A stretch of 64,000 nucleotides of DNA from Deltaproteobacteria bacterium. GTDB taxonomy: Bacteria; Myxococcota_A; Polyangia; Polyangiales; Ga0077539. A model generated the notes under the pieces. The model worked only from the letters and a program-made list of their open reading frames with translations, made no database searches and was not told the origin of the DNA. The position numbers and the translations under genes are program-made. The DNA lies in the NCBI GenBank assembly GCA_030694465.1, contig JAUXYJ010000103.1, positions 27,057 to 91,056 on the forward strand, written 5' to 3'. How positions within the stretch are numbered: position 1 is the first letter of the stretch; each line of letters starts with the position of its first letter. Below are positions 20,004 to 28,599 of the stretch, one piece after another.

Positions 20004-20019
20004 CCCGGCGACGTCGCCG
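20004..20019. terminator. Perfect 16-bp palindrome CCGGCGACGTCGCCGG between convergent genes (bidirectional terminator/REP-like element)
   Basis: Read directly. The same 16-mer followed by GTTG recurs at 24783-24798 and 28553-28568. Confidence 0.45.
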
Positions 20020-20028
20020 GGTTGAGCG

Positions 20029-21072
20029 CTAGAGCCATCCCTGTGCGCGATACCATTGGGCCATGTCCGCGATGGACTCTCGCGCAGGCCGGGTCTTGTA
20101 GCCCAGCACACGCTTGGCTTTCTCAGACGAAATCTCGACGCGGAGCACAGACTGCATGGCCATCTCTTCAGAGATCATCGGGACAGTGCCACGCATCGAC
20201 GCGACGCGATCGAGTACGCGACCGAGGCTGATCATCACAGAGGCAGGGAGCGCCACGCGAGGAGCACGACCGCCCGTAACCGCTGCGATTTCGCTCATTA
20301 AGTCACGCACCGTGAAGAGCTCTCCAGAGAGCGCATAGCGATGTCCTCGCTCGCCCAAGAGCGCCGCGCGGAGGTGACCGTCCGCGACGTCGCGCACATC
20401 GCACACAGTGCGCGTCCCACGAGTCGTGAAATTGCCTGCAAATTGCTTGGTCGCCAAGAACAACGGCAGCAGGTTCTTCTTCCAGTCGCCGGGCCCAAAG
20501 ATCGCTGTGGGGTGAGTGATCACGGCGTCAAAGCCGCGCTCGACCGCTGCGAGCACTTCGCATTCGGCTAGGTATTTCGTTGGCGGATACACCCACCCGA
20601 GCCCATCAAAGTTGTAGGCGCTCTCTTCGTTGACCGGCCTCACAGGCCCCGAGGTCGCGTCCAAGGGCTTGCCCAGCGTTGATCCGCTTGAGGTAAACAC
20701 CATGCGCTTGACCTTTGCGTGCACGCTCCGCTCGACCAAAAACCGCGTCGCCGCGACGTTGTTTTTGTACGCTTCGTCGTACGCAGCCCTGTACATCCGC
20801 ACGTCTGCGGCCACGTGAAACACATAGTCCACGCCCTCGAGCGCGCCATCAATGGCCTCTTGATCCAAGAGATCTCCGTGCACCGCCACAGCGCCGCGTG
20901 CCTCTAAATCTCCCGGAAATCCCCGGCTCCGCGTAAGCGCACGCACTTCGGCGCCACACGCCAAGAGCGCATCGGCGATGGCCCAGCCGAGAAATCCCGT
21001 CGCACCGGTCACAAAAGTACGCGCGCCTCGGAGCGCCGCGAGATCACCGCTTGTCGCTTGTTTTTCGGTCAT
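20029..21072 (-). CDS. NAD-dependent epimerase/dehydratase family protein (extended SDR)
   Basis: N-terminal Rossmann motif VTGATGFLG, a YxxxK-type active-site region (YPPTKY) and typical length (347 aa). Confidence 0.8.
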   Translation of the reverse strand: MTEKQATSGDLAALRGARTFVTGATGFLGWAIADALLACGAEVRALTRSRGFPGDLEARGAVAVHGDLLDQEAIDGALEGVDYVFHVAADVRMYRAAYDEAYKNNVAATRFLVERSVHAKVKRMVFTSSGSTLGKPLDATSGPVRPVNEESAYNFDGLGWVYPPTKYLAECEVLAAVERGFDAVITHPTAIFGPGDWKKNLLPLFLATKQFAGNFTTRGTRTVCDVRDVADGHLRAALLGERGHRYALSGELFTVRDLMSEIAAVTGGRAPRVALPASVMISLGRVLDRVASMRGTVPMISEEMAMQSVLRVEISSEKAKRVLGYKTRPARESIADMAQWYRAQGWL

Positions 21073-21235
21073 TGCTGCGCTTGGACACTACACCGTCTGC
21101 GCGGCTCACTGCAGAGCAGTTCATGAAGTGCGGTGCCATGCGCTAGACTGCATCCGCGTTGTCTCGTTGATCGCCGCGCTTCGCCGTGGCCGGAGAGTCA
21201 ACCTCGCGATCCCTCTGTTGCTTGGTGTGCACCTC

Positions 21236-22123
21236 ATGAACCGATCCACGCTTGCTTGTGCGCTCTTCTTCTCTGCTCCGCTCTCGGGCTGCCTGCTGCC
21301 GTGGGACACCCTGCGGCCTGACGCAAGCACGACGCAGCCCGATGTGATCGTGGGCGAAGACGCCATGGCGCCAGACATCACGACGGGCCCCGAAGCCTCG
21401 GTCGAAGCCTCGGTCGATGTCTTCGCGAGCGACGCTCAGGACACAACACCCATTCTTGATGCCGGCGACGTCGCCGACGCAGGCTCACCCATGGATGCTG
21501 CGGATGTGCGCGAAGCGGGCGTCGATGTGCAAGAGGCTGGCGTCGATGCGCAAGACAGCGGACCCGACGTGCGCGACGCGGCGGTCGAAGCCGAAGCCGG
21601 CCCCGTGTGCACCCCCGTGCTCGTGGTCAACGAAGTACAATCCCGCGGAACCACCGCGAGCGATGAGTTTATCGAGATCTTCAACGCTGGCACCTGCGCG
21701 GTCAACCTCGACGGCTGGTCGCTCGTGTATTTGTCCTCGAGCGGCAGCGGATCTCCGTCGAGCAAATGGATGGGCACCGCCGCACAGACCCTCGCGCCAG
21801 GGCAGTACGGCGTGGTCGTCTCGGGCAGCGTAGGGACCATCCCCGCGGGCGCGATCACCCTCGCGACGCTGGCCACTGTGGGCATCGCGGACAGCGGCGG
21901 CGTCGCGCTCATGCGCGCTGGGACGCGCGTTGACTCGGTGAGCTTTGGCACCGCGAGCGCAATGGTCTCTGCCACGCATCCCTTCACCGAGAACACTCCG
22001 GCCACGTCGGCCACCGCGGGCACCATTGTGGTCGCGCGCAGCCCCAACGGGCGCGACACGGACAACAACAGCGCAGACTTTATGCTGCGCACCATGGGCA
22101 CACCTGGCGACGCGAACCCCTAG
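21236..22123 (+). CDS. Lipoprotein with acidic repeat linker and C-terminal lamin-tail (LTD) domain
   Basis: Lipobox LSGC. A repetitive DAxDVxEAGVD acidic linker precedes an LTD-like core (VLVVNEVQSRGTTASDEFIEIFNAGTCAVNLDGWSL). The ATG at 21236 avoids a 95-bp overlap with the upstream gene. Confidence 0.55.
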   Translation: MNRSTLACALFFSAPLSGCLLPWDTLRPDASTTQPDVIVGEDAMAPDITTGPEASVEASVDVFASDAQDTTPILDAGDVADAGSPMDAADVREAGVDVQEAGVDAQDSGPDVRDAAVEAEAGPVCTPVLVVNEVQSRGTTASDEFIEIFNAGTCAVNLDGWSLVYLSSSGSGSPSSKWMGTAAQTLAPGQYGVVVSGSVGTIPAGAITLATLATVGIADSGGVALMRAGTRVDSVSFGTASAMVSATHPFTENTPATSATAGTIVVARSPNGRDTDNNSADFMLRTMGTPGDANP

Positions 22124-22142
22124 AGATTCTACCTGTAAAATC

Positions 22143-22817
22143 TCAGTCTTCTTTGCGACACACGATCAAGCCCACGTCGTCCTGGAGGGCTCCACTCGCG
22201 GTGCGCACAAGGTCCACGAGCTTGGCAGCTGCGACGCTCACGTTGCCGTCGGTCGCGAGGTGCTGGATCTTGGTCTCGGGCGCGTACTTGAGCAGCCCAT
22301 CGGTAGCGAGCAACAGCACGCCCTGCATGGGCAGCGGCCCAAAAGGCAGCACCGTCGCGCGTCCCTGCCCCACCAGAGGCTTGCGTCGTTGCTCGCCATT
22401 GAGCTCTTGATAGCGCCCCGAGCGCACCAGCCACGCGCCACAGTCGCCCACGCTCGCGCCGCTCACTTTGCTGTGCGTCACGCTCACCACGACGAGCGCG
22501 CTCTCACCGCGACGCCCCGTGGCAAACCACTGCATGTCCAGCGCCTCGATCCACCGCGAGAGGGCGTCGGCACCGGGGAGATTCTTGGCTTCGAGCGCGC
22601 GCTCTTTGATTGTTGAGACGAGCCACTCAGCCAGGGGGCCGCCGTCGTCTGAGTTGCCCGCGCCGTCGGCGAGCGCGAGCACCAGTCCATCTTCGCGTCG
22701 GGCGACTGAGACGTGGTCGTCACACCGGAGGCCCGCGGCGCTGGTCGCCGTGGCCACACGAAACCCCGCCTCTTTCGATGCATTGCGCGCCATAAGAAAA
22801 CTCGTAGCACGGTGCAT
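22143..22817 (-). CDS. PP2C-family (SpoIIE-like) serine/threonine phosphatase
   Basis: Metal-binding motifs LADGAGN, SGASVGDCGAWL and LLLATDGL. Small single-domain PPM phosphatase. Confidence 0.6.
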   Translation of the reverse strand: MHRATSFLMARNASKEAGFRVATATSAAGLRCDDHVSVARREDGLVLALADGAGNSDDGGPLAEWLVSTIKERALEAKNLPGADALSRWIEALDMQWFATGRRGESALVVVSVTHSKVSGASVGDCGAWLVRSGRYQELNGEQRRKPLVGQGRATVLPFGPLPMQGVLLLATDGLLKYAPETKIQHLATDGNVSVAAAKLVDLVRTASGALQDDVGLIVCRKED

Positions 22818-22937
22818 ACCCCAGCGAGAGTCCGAAGGTCTAGCCAGAGCCTCGGACGAACTGAATCGCCATTCAGCGCGTTTGCATTGGCGTGGATTCG
22901 GCTATGGTTTGCGGCTCCTACAGACACTCACTCCGAG

Positions 22938-24782
22938 ATGAATGGTGATTCAGCGATGACTAGCGAACTGCACTACAAGTCCAACCTTCGAGACGTCGAG
23001 TTTAACCTCTTCGAGGTGCAAGAGATTCAGCGCGACGTGCTGGGTCGTGGGCCGTTTGCCGAGATGGACGAGGCGACCGCGCGAGAGACCCTGCGCGCGT
23101 ACGAGCTGTTTTGCCGCACAGAGCTCGCCAAGAGCTATGCACAGGCCGACCGCGAGCCGCTGAAGCTCGACGTCGAGACGGGGTCGGTGACTCTCCCCAG
23201 CTGCCTGTCTGAGACCTACCAGCACTGGTACGACCAAGGGTGGAATCTCTTGGGTTTGCCCACGCACATGGGCGGCACGGGCGCGCCGCCATCGATCAAT
23301 TGGGCGGCGTTTGAGTTTGGCGCTGGGGCCAACGCGAACCTGATGTTCTATCTGTTTGGAGCGTTTTTATCGCGCGCGATTGATGAGCTCGCGACGCCGT
23401 CGCAGAAGGCTCGCTACGTGCAAAACATGATCGACCGTCGCTGGGGCGGGACCATGGTCTTGACCGAAGCAGACGCAGGCAGCGATGTAGGTTCTGCCAG
23501 GGCAAAAGCACGGCATTTGCACGATGATGTCTGGGAAATCGAGGGGGTTAAGCGGTTTATTACCAACGGCGATTTCGACACGGTCGAGAACGTCGTGCAC
23601 CTGGTCTTGGCCCGCCCCGAGGGCGCAGGCCCAGGCACCAAGGGGCTGTCGTTATTTATCGTCCCCAAGTTCTGGGTCCACGAAGACGGCTCGCTCGGTG
23701 AGCGCAACGGCGCGTACTGCACCAACATCGAGAAGAAGATGGGGATCAAGGGATCTGCCACGTGCGAGATGACGTTTGGCGAGCGAATTCCCGCGCGGGG
23801 GCTGCTTGTGGGCGAAGTGCACGACGGCATCCGGCAGATGTTTCGCGTGATCGAGCACGCGCGCATGAGCGTCGGGATCAAGTCCATGGCGACGCTCTCA
23901 ACGGGCTACCTCAACGCGCTTGCGTACACCCGCGATCGCGTCCAAGGCGGAGATCTCGCGCAGGCCATGGAGAAGAACTCGCCGCGCGTACGAATCATCG
24001 CGCACCCCGACGTGCGACGGATGCTCATGCAGCAAAAGTCCACGGCCGAAGGACTGCGTGCGCTCGCTCACTTCGCAGCGTCCATTCAAGATCGCATTGA
24101 GCTCGAGGGCGGCGCCAAGGCCCCCAGCGCCAAGCACCTCGATCGGCTCAATGACCTGCTCTTGCCCATGGTGAAGGGCTACAGCTCAGAGAAAGCGTTT
24201 GAGCTCTTGAGCGTGTCTCTGCAGTGTTTTGGCGGCTCGGGCTACACGCAGGACTACCCCATGGAGCAGTACATGCGTGACCAGCGCATTGACTCGCTCT
24301 ACGAGGGCACGACGCACATCCAAGCGTTGGATCTCTTGTTTCGCAAGATCGCCAAGGACAACGGCGCCACGTTGCAGGGTCTGCTCGGCCAAATCCAGGC
24401 CACGCTCGATGGCAACGAGGGCGGCGACGCGCTGGCCAACGAGCGCGCCGCGGTGGCCAAAGCGGTCGCGAACACCCAGGCCATGCTGGGCGCGCTCTTG
24501 GGCAAAATGGGCGAGTCGCTCTACCACGTGGGCCTGCACGGCAACCGCGTGCTCTTTGCGCTGAGCGAGACGGTGATCGGGTGGTTGCTCGTGCGTCACG
24601 CGGCGATCGCGCTCAGCAAGCGTGACGGGGCGCACGAAGACGACAAGCACTTTTACGATGGCAAGGTCGCGAGCGCGCGGTTTTTCTGCGCCGAAGTGCT
24701 GCCCATGCTGCAGTCCTCGCGCAAGATCGTCGAGCAGAGCGTGCTCGATGTGATGACCCTCGATGAGCGCGCGTTTGGCTGA
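22938..24782 (+). CDS. Acyl-CoA dehydrogenase (long, FadE-like with C-terminal extension)
   Basis: ACAD middle-domain motifs (GTMVLTEADAGSDVGS, IEGVKRFITNG) and the C-terminal helical domain (QCFGGSGYTQDYPMEQYMRDQRIDSLYEGT). ATG at 22938 or 22956. Confidence 0.85.
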   Translation: MNGDSAMTSELHYKSNLRDVEFNLFEVQEIQRDVLGRGPFAEMDEATARETLRAYELFCRTELAKSYAQADREPLKLDVETGSVTLPSCLSETYQHWYDQGWNLLGLPTHMGGTGAPPSINWAAFEFGAGANANLMFYLFGAFLSRAIDELATPSQKARYVQNMIDRRWGGTMVLTEADAGSDVGSARAKARHLHDDVWEIEGVKRFITNGDFDTVENVVHLVLARPEGAGPGTKGLSLFIVPKFWVHEDGSLGERNGAYCTNIEKKMGIKGSATCEMTFGERIPARGLLVGEVHDGIRQMFRVIEHARMSVGIKSMATLSTGYLNALAYTRDRVQGGDLAQAMEKNSPRVRIIAHPDVRRMLMQQKSTAEGLRALAHFAASIQDRIELEGGAKAPSAKHLDRLNDLLLPMVKGYSSEKAFELLSVSLQCFGGSGYTQDYPMEQYMRDQRIDSLYEGTTHIQALDLLFRKIAKDNGATLQGLLGQIQATLDGNEGGDALANERAAVAKAVANTQAMLGALLGKMGESLYHVGLHGNRVLFALSETVIGWLLVRHAAIALSKRDGAHEDDKHFYDGKVASARFFCAEVLPMLQSSRKIVEQSVLDVMTLDERAFG

Positions 24783-24829
24783 TCCGGCGACGTCGCCGGG
24801 TTGCTAGGGGGCTAAGAGAGCCAGCCGAC
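24734..24829. repeat. Direct repeat copy 1 (96 bp) flanking the island
   Basis: Identical to 28504-28599. Confidence 0.8.
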
Positions 24830-27092
24830 GAATCGCTGCGTCGATCTCGCCCCGCGCTCGGACAACATCCCAATGAAGGGGCGACAGAATCTGACTCAAT
24901 TCGCTGAGCGCATTCTCTGCCTGCCCGATGGCGACGATCGTGACTGTCTGCTCGACCAACACGAGCGTCGCCGACTCAACCTCGGCACACCGCCAATCAG
25001 GCGCAGTGCGAGGCAGAGAGGTTTTGTACCCTCGAAGGATTTTGGTGAGCTTGCTACGTGCGCTCGAATAGAGCCCGCGTTTGCGATCTACTCTTGCAAG
25101 CTCCAGCAGCGCACGGAGCTTATGGGGATGATAGGGGTTGCGCCGTACATTGTCTTGATCGAGCACACGCTGAAGAGTCTCGACGGCTTCGCCGGTACCA
25201 CCTTGTTCAAGTTGGCAATAGGCAAGGAGAAGGAGAGCTCTCCGAAAGACATGCGGCGACGCGCCATCTTCGGCCATGTACACAGCTGAACTCGAAAGTT
25301 CTTCTGCTTGAGCCAGATCGCGCTGAAGCAGGGCATACATCGCCGCAGTGATCGAAGGCCGAATTTGAATCCGTGTATCTTGGCCGATCGATGCTCCGAA
25401 CTGTTGTCGAAGTTCGGTCAAACGCTCTAGTTCTTGCGACGTCAAGAAGCCTGAACGCAAGATAGCATATTCAAGTTCAATAGAAGTGAAGTCGCGATCA
25501 GGCTCTGCATGTGCTACTATAAAATATGGATAGTCCGGAGAATGACAGGGCGGACGCTGTGTGAGTTTATTCCTAGTCACTTCTATTAGACTCTCTACTT
25601 CACTAAACTCTCCACGAATCGAATGGATTTCGATCAACAACATATCCAAGTCGTGAGTCTCAATCATCCCGCGAAGCTGAGCGCTAACTTCAGTCTCAAC
25701 CTTTAGCGCTGCATTGATCTTGCCAGCCTCGATAAGAGAGCCAATCCGCCTAAAAAATTTGAGAAATTCTTTAGGCTCTGACCCCGACATGTCCGACTCC
25801 AAATACTGACCGAAGTGATCGCTTCCATGCAGAGTGGTCGCAGTCTCCAAATCACCGCTCAACATGGCGTAGTAGGCGTGAAAATATTTGCTCCATTCGC
25901 CAGCACTAAATTCTGTAGCCAACCTCAGTTCAACAGTCGCGGCGAAGTCATCTGTAAGAACAATATCGTTGGGAAATCTGTAGTCAACTCTAACGTCTCC
26001 TAGTCTCTCGACCACCACACGGCGAGCCAACAGAGAACTGACAGAAGGTCCTCCGACGGTCCAACTCCTCAGTTCCTTAAGCCGCGCATTCTGAATCTTT
26101 GCCCACTCGGGCTCGCGAGAGCGAGAACGTGTCCATGCATTCCAGCCCTCTTGCGGCAAGGAATCCCAAGTTACCTGGTGACTCCGATCCAGACTGCACC
26201 AGGACGCAAGAGGATCTTCGCTGTTAGCGATTCTTAGCCAGTTCATTTCAGACGGCAGTTCTGGCATAGGATCAACCAACTCAAACTCACACAAGCAACT
26301 CGCGAGAAATTCTTTGGTCCGCTGGAGCCTCTGGCGGCCATCTCGGCTTAGTTCGTCTTCAAATGTTAACGGATCAATTTGCGCCGTCCGCACTCTCCAC
26401 CAGCCCACGGTATCGCCGTGAGACTCAGAAACCAGAATCGTGCGCTGATGTTGGTCAGTCGCGGCAAGCGCCCAACGCACGCGCTTCGTGGCGCGATCCG
26501 AATCATCACCAATGCCCCGAAAGATCAACCACCGATCCTCTCGTGTGTTGATCACATCCAAAATTTCTTGATAGCTCGACCGTGAAACATCGACTTCTAG
26601 GAAGGCAACTGAACCGACCGTTTCTGTCAGAAGATCGATAACTGATTCCCTTCGATCCCAACGTACACCTGCCGCTCCACTTGTGATGGCAGCCTTCAAA
26701 TTCAGCTGCCAGAAGGCAGGGGTGATTCTTGAGGGAGCATCCACGGTCGTGACTACCCAGTCCAAAGCGTCTCGCATCACTGTTCTGACTTGCGTATAGG
26801 TGTCATCCTCGATCCAGAAGATGACCCGAAGAGCTCGATCGGCAAAGATGGGTCGCTCTATGTTGACAGCTTCGGCTTCGTCCACACGAGGCAAGTAGAT
26901 CACAACGTTCTTTGGATCCGCTTCACGAAGGGTTTGAACCCTTGAAGTCAATGTGACCGAATGACCTGCCTTGATGAGGGATCGGACTAGAATGGTCAAG
27001 GCGCTGTGGTGCGCACCACGGACGCGCAACAAACCCATCCCGCTGTTCGAGGCGAGCCTTCGAAGGATGATCGCGAGCCAATCATCAGACAT
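24804..27092 (-). CDS. Large island protein of unknown function (762 aa) with helical/TPR-like C-terminal region; partner of the KAP-like NTPase
   Basis: Long ORF in AT-richer DNA. Its ATG overlaps the upstream gene's TAA by one base (TAATG on the coding strand). No nuclease or NTPase motif was recognised by eye. The last 9 codons (..RRLALLAP*) are read from repeat copy 1 in a frame different from the OPT gene. Confidence 0.6.
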   Translation of the reverse strand: MSDDWLAIILRRLASNSGMGLLRVRGAHHSALTILVRSLIKAGHSVTLTSRVQTLREADPKNVVIYLPRVDEAEAVNIERPIFADRALRVIFWIEDDTYTQVRTVMRDALDWVVTTVDAPSRITPAFWQLNLKAAITSGAAGVRWDRRESVIDLLTETVGSVAFLEVDVSRSSYQEILDVINTREDRWLIFRGIGDDSDRATKRVRWALAATDQHQRTILVSESHGDTVGWWRVRTAQIDPLTFEDELSRDGRQRLQRTKEFLASCLCEFELVDPMPELPSEMNWLRIANSEDPLASWCSLDRSHQVTWDSLPQEGWNAWTRSRSREPEWAKIQNARLKELRSWTVGGPSVSSLLARRVVVERLGDVRVDYRFPNDIVLTDDFAATVELRLATEFSAGEWSKYFHAYYAMLSGDLETATTLHGSDHFGQYLESDMSGSEPKEFLKFFRRIGSLIEAGKINAALKVETEVSAQLRGMIETHDLDMLLIEIHSIRGEFSEVESLIEVTRNKLTQRPPCHSPDYPYFIVAHAEPDRDFTSIELEYAILRSGFLTSQELERLTELRQQFGASIGQDTRIQIRPSITAAMYALLQRDLAQAEELSSSAVYMAEDGASPHVFRRALLLLAYCQLEQGGTGEAVETLQRVLDQDNVRRNPYHPHKLRALLELARVDRKRGLYSSARSKLTKILRGYKTSLPRTAPDWRCAEVESATLVLVEQTVTIVAIGQAENALSELSQILSPLHWDVVRARGEIDAAIRRLALLAP

Positions 27093-28459
27093 TAAAGTTG
27101 CCGCTGTGATAGCTTACGACTCAACATAGGATGCGGAAAAAACCACTCTGATTCGTTTGGATAGACCATCAGTTTCTGGTCCCGAAGCAAACCTGCCGCC
27201 CGATCACGGTCCAGCAACTCATGCAGAGGGTCGAGCATAATTTTTCCAAGAAGTTCGTAGTCTTCCTTGAAGAGACTCTCCTCGACGTTCTTGCGGTGTG
27301 CTGTCAACACTCGATCGACCAAGTCCTCATCAACAACTTTAACATTGGCGTGATAGGCCTCAGACGCAATCTCGTTGAGTAGCTTCACAAAATCACGTAG
27401 CCTTCCACCAGAGTTGAGTGCCAATCGGTCAAGCAATGAGTCAGGAATCCCACCATTCAAACCTACGGACTTTGCTCTCGTAAGATAGACGTTTCTGAGG
27501 ACATTGATCCCAGTCGAGTTCGCAATAATAGTTGGAGAGATCGTCTTGGGATCAACAACGGGCTCACACAACAATCGATGCACTCTGAAGCCTCGAATGG
27601 CAGCCACTCCCCCGTGACCGTGGGGAGCAAACGGTGCGCAGAGGACAACCGCCGCATCAAGCTTTGCCATCAGGTCTGACTCAACAAAGAGCGTCTTGAT
27701 TCGTTCATCGTTTTGAACTCGGTCTAGACCATCCAGAATGACAACAACCTGCTTGTGCTTGGTGGCAATTACATTGAAGACGCGATTGACCGCTCGGAGC
27801 ATTGTCGTGACCTCTTCGCTCTGCGCCCCTAGTCTTTCCCCATGTTTAAGACCGACCTTCACACCGAGCGTAGCAATCGCTTCAGCAACCTGCGTCCCTA
27901 CGGTCATAACGGTCGCCGCTACAGGAGCCGCGGAGACTGCCATGAGTACAGAGGCTCCATTCGCCAGAGCCTTGGCGAGCGGTAGTAGTCTTAGTGGGGC
28001 AGGATCTTCAGTTCTGGTAGCCTTCTTCCACGCTTGTTCAAGGTCTTCCAGAAGATCATCAGCAACGACTTCGGTACCGAGACTTGACTGAGCATTTGCA
28101 AAAGTTTGAATACCGAGCAGGAATGCAATTTCCCAACTTTCGATCCGATTGATCGCCTCGGCATCCCCAAATACTTTCGTCAACACTCTGTCGATATCCA
28201 TGTAGACAACGAACTTATCTGATAGATCGCGCGCCAGTTTGAGCAGTTCAGTACTCTTGCCCGATCCCATCAGACCACTCAAGAGAATCTTCGGAGGCTG
28301 AACCATTTGGGGAATTCTGAGTTCTCGACGAATTACGTCGTAGGGCGAGTAACTACGCGCAACCACCAACTCAGGCGCAACGGCTCCGGCCTCAACCGCA
28401 CAGACAGCCTGAAAGTTGAGCCAACGCTGCTGTACCGTAATGTCTTCTGCGCCGTTCAT
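27092..28459 (-). CDS. KAP-like P-loop NTPase (Walker A GSGKST, hydrophobic insert, Walker B hhhhDGLD)
   Basis: Walker A ILLSGLMGSGKSTELLKL near residue 60. A hydrophobic stretch of about 40 aa (ASVLMAVSAAPVAATVMTVGTQVAEAIATLGVKVGL) is inserted in the NTPase domain. Walker B QVVVILDGLDRVQNDE sits near residue 250. This layout is characteristic of KAP-family NTPases. Confidence 0.6.
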   Translation of the reverse strand: MNGAEDITVQQRWLNFQAVCAVEAGAVAPELVVARSYSPYDVIRRELRIPQMVQPPKILLSGLMGSGKSTELLKLARDLSDKFVVYMDIDRVLTKVFGDAEAINRIESWEIAFLLGIQTFANAQSSLGTEVVADDLLEDLEQAWKKATRTEDPAPLRLLPLAKALANGASVLMAVSAAPVAATVMTVGTQVAEAIATLGVKVGLKHGERLGAQSEEVTTMLRAVNRVFNVIATKHKQVVVILDGLDRVQNDERIKTLFVESDLMAKLDAAVVLCAPFAPHGHGGVAAIRGFRVHRLLCEPVVDPKTISPTIIANSTGINVLRNVYLTRAKSVGLNGGIPDSLLDRLALNSGGRLRDFVKLLNEIASEAYHANVKVVDEDLVDRVLTAHRKNVEESLFKEDYELLGKIMLDPLHELLDRDRAAGLLRDQKLMVYPNESEWFFPHPMLSRKLSQRQL

Positions 28460-28503
28460 GACGGAGATTAGAAAACACGACGCGCTGAGAGTCCAGCGAA
28501 CAG

Positions 28504-28599
28504 GCAGAGCGTGCTCGATGTGATGACCCTCGATGAGCGCGCGTTTGGCTGATCCGGCGACGTCGCCGGGTTGCTAGGGGGCTAAGAGAGCCAGCCGAC
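28504..28599. repeat. Direct repeat copy 2 (96 bp) flanking the island
   Basis: Identical to 24734-24829. Confidence 0.8.

Larger units (their letters stand above)
24734..28599. mobile_element. Low-GC genomic island (about 3.7 kb of cargo) bounded by perfect 96-bp direct repeats, inserted at the junction between convergent genes
   Basis: Repeats 24734-24829 and 28504-28599 look identical by eye (gcagagcgtgctcgatgtgatgaccctcgatgagcgcgcgtttggctgatccggcgacgtcgccgggttgctagggggctaagagagccagccgac). Each holds the last ~16 codons of the ACAD gene, the palindrome and the last 6 codons of the OPT gene. The interior (about 25300-28400) is visibly AT-richer than the flanks. No integrase is present. Confidence 0.6.

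Noticed and set aside
20978-21235. N-terminal 86-codon extension of the lamin-tail lipoprotein ORF
   Set aside because: It would overlap the epimerase gene by 95 bp on the opposite strand. The internal ATG at 21236 starts a canonical lipoprotein signal.
24734-28599. Possibility that the direct repeats are phage attL/attR of an integrated prophage
   Set aside because: There are only 3.7 kb between the repeats, and no integrase, excisionase or phage structural gene. An integration-derived or duplicated-target cassette is more likely, though an integrase-mediated origin with later decay cannot be excluded.
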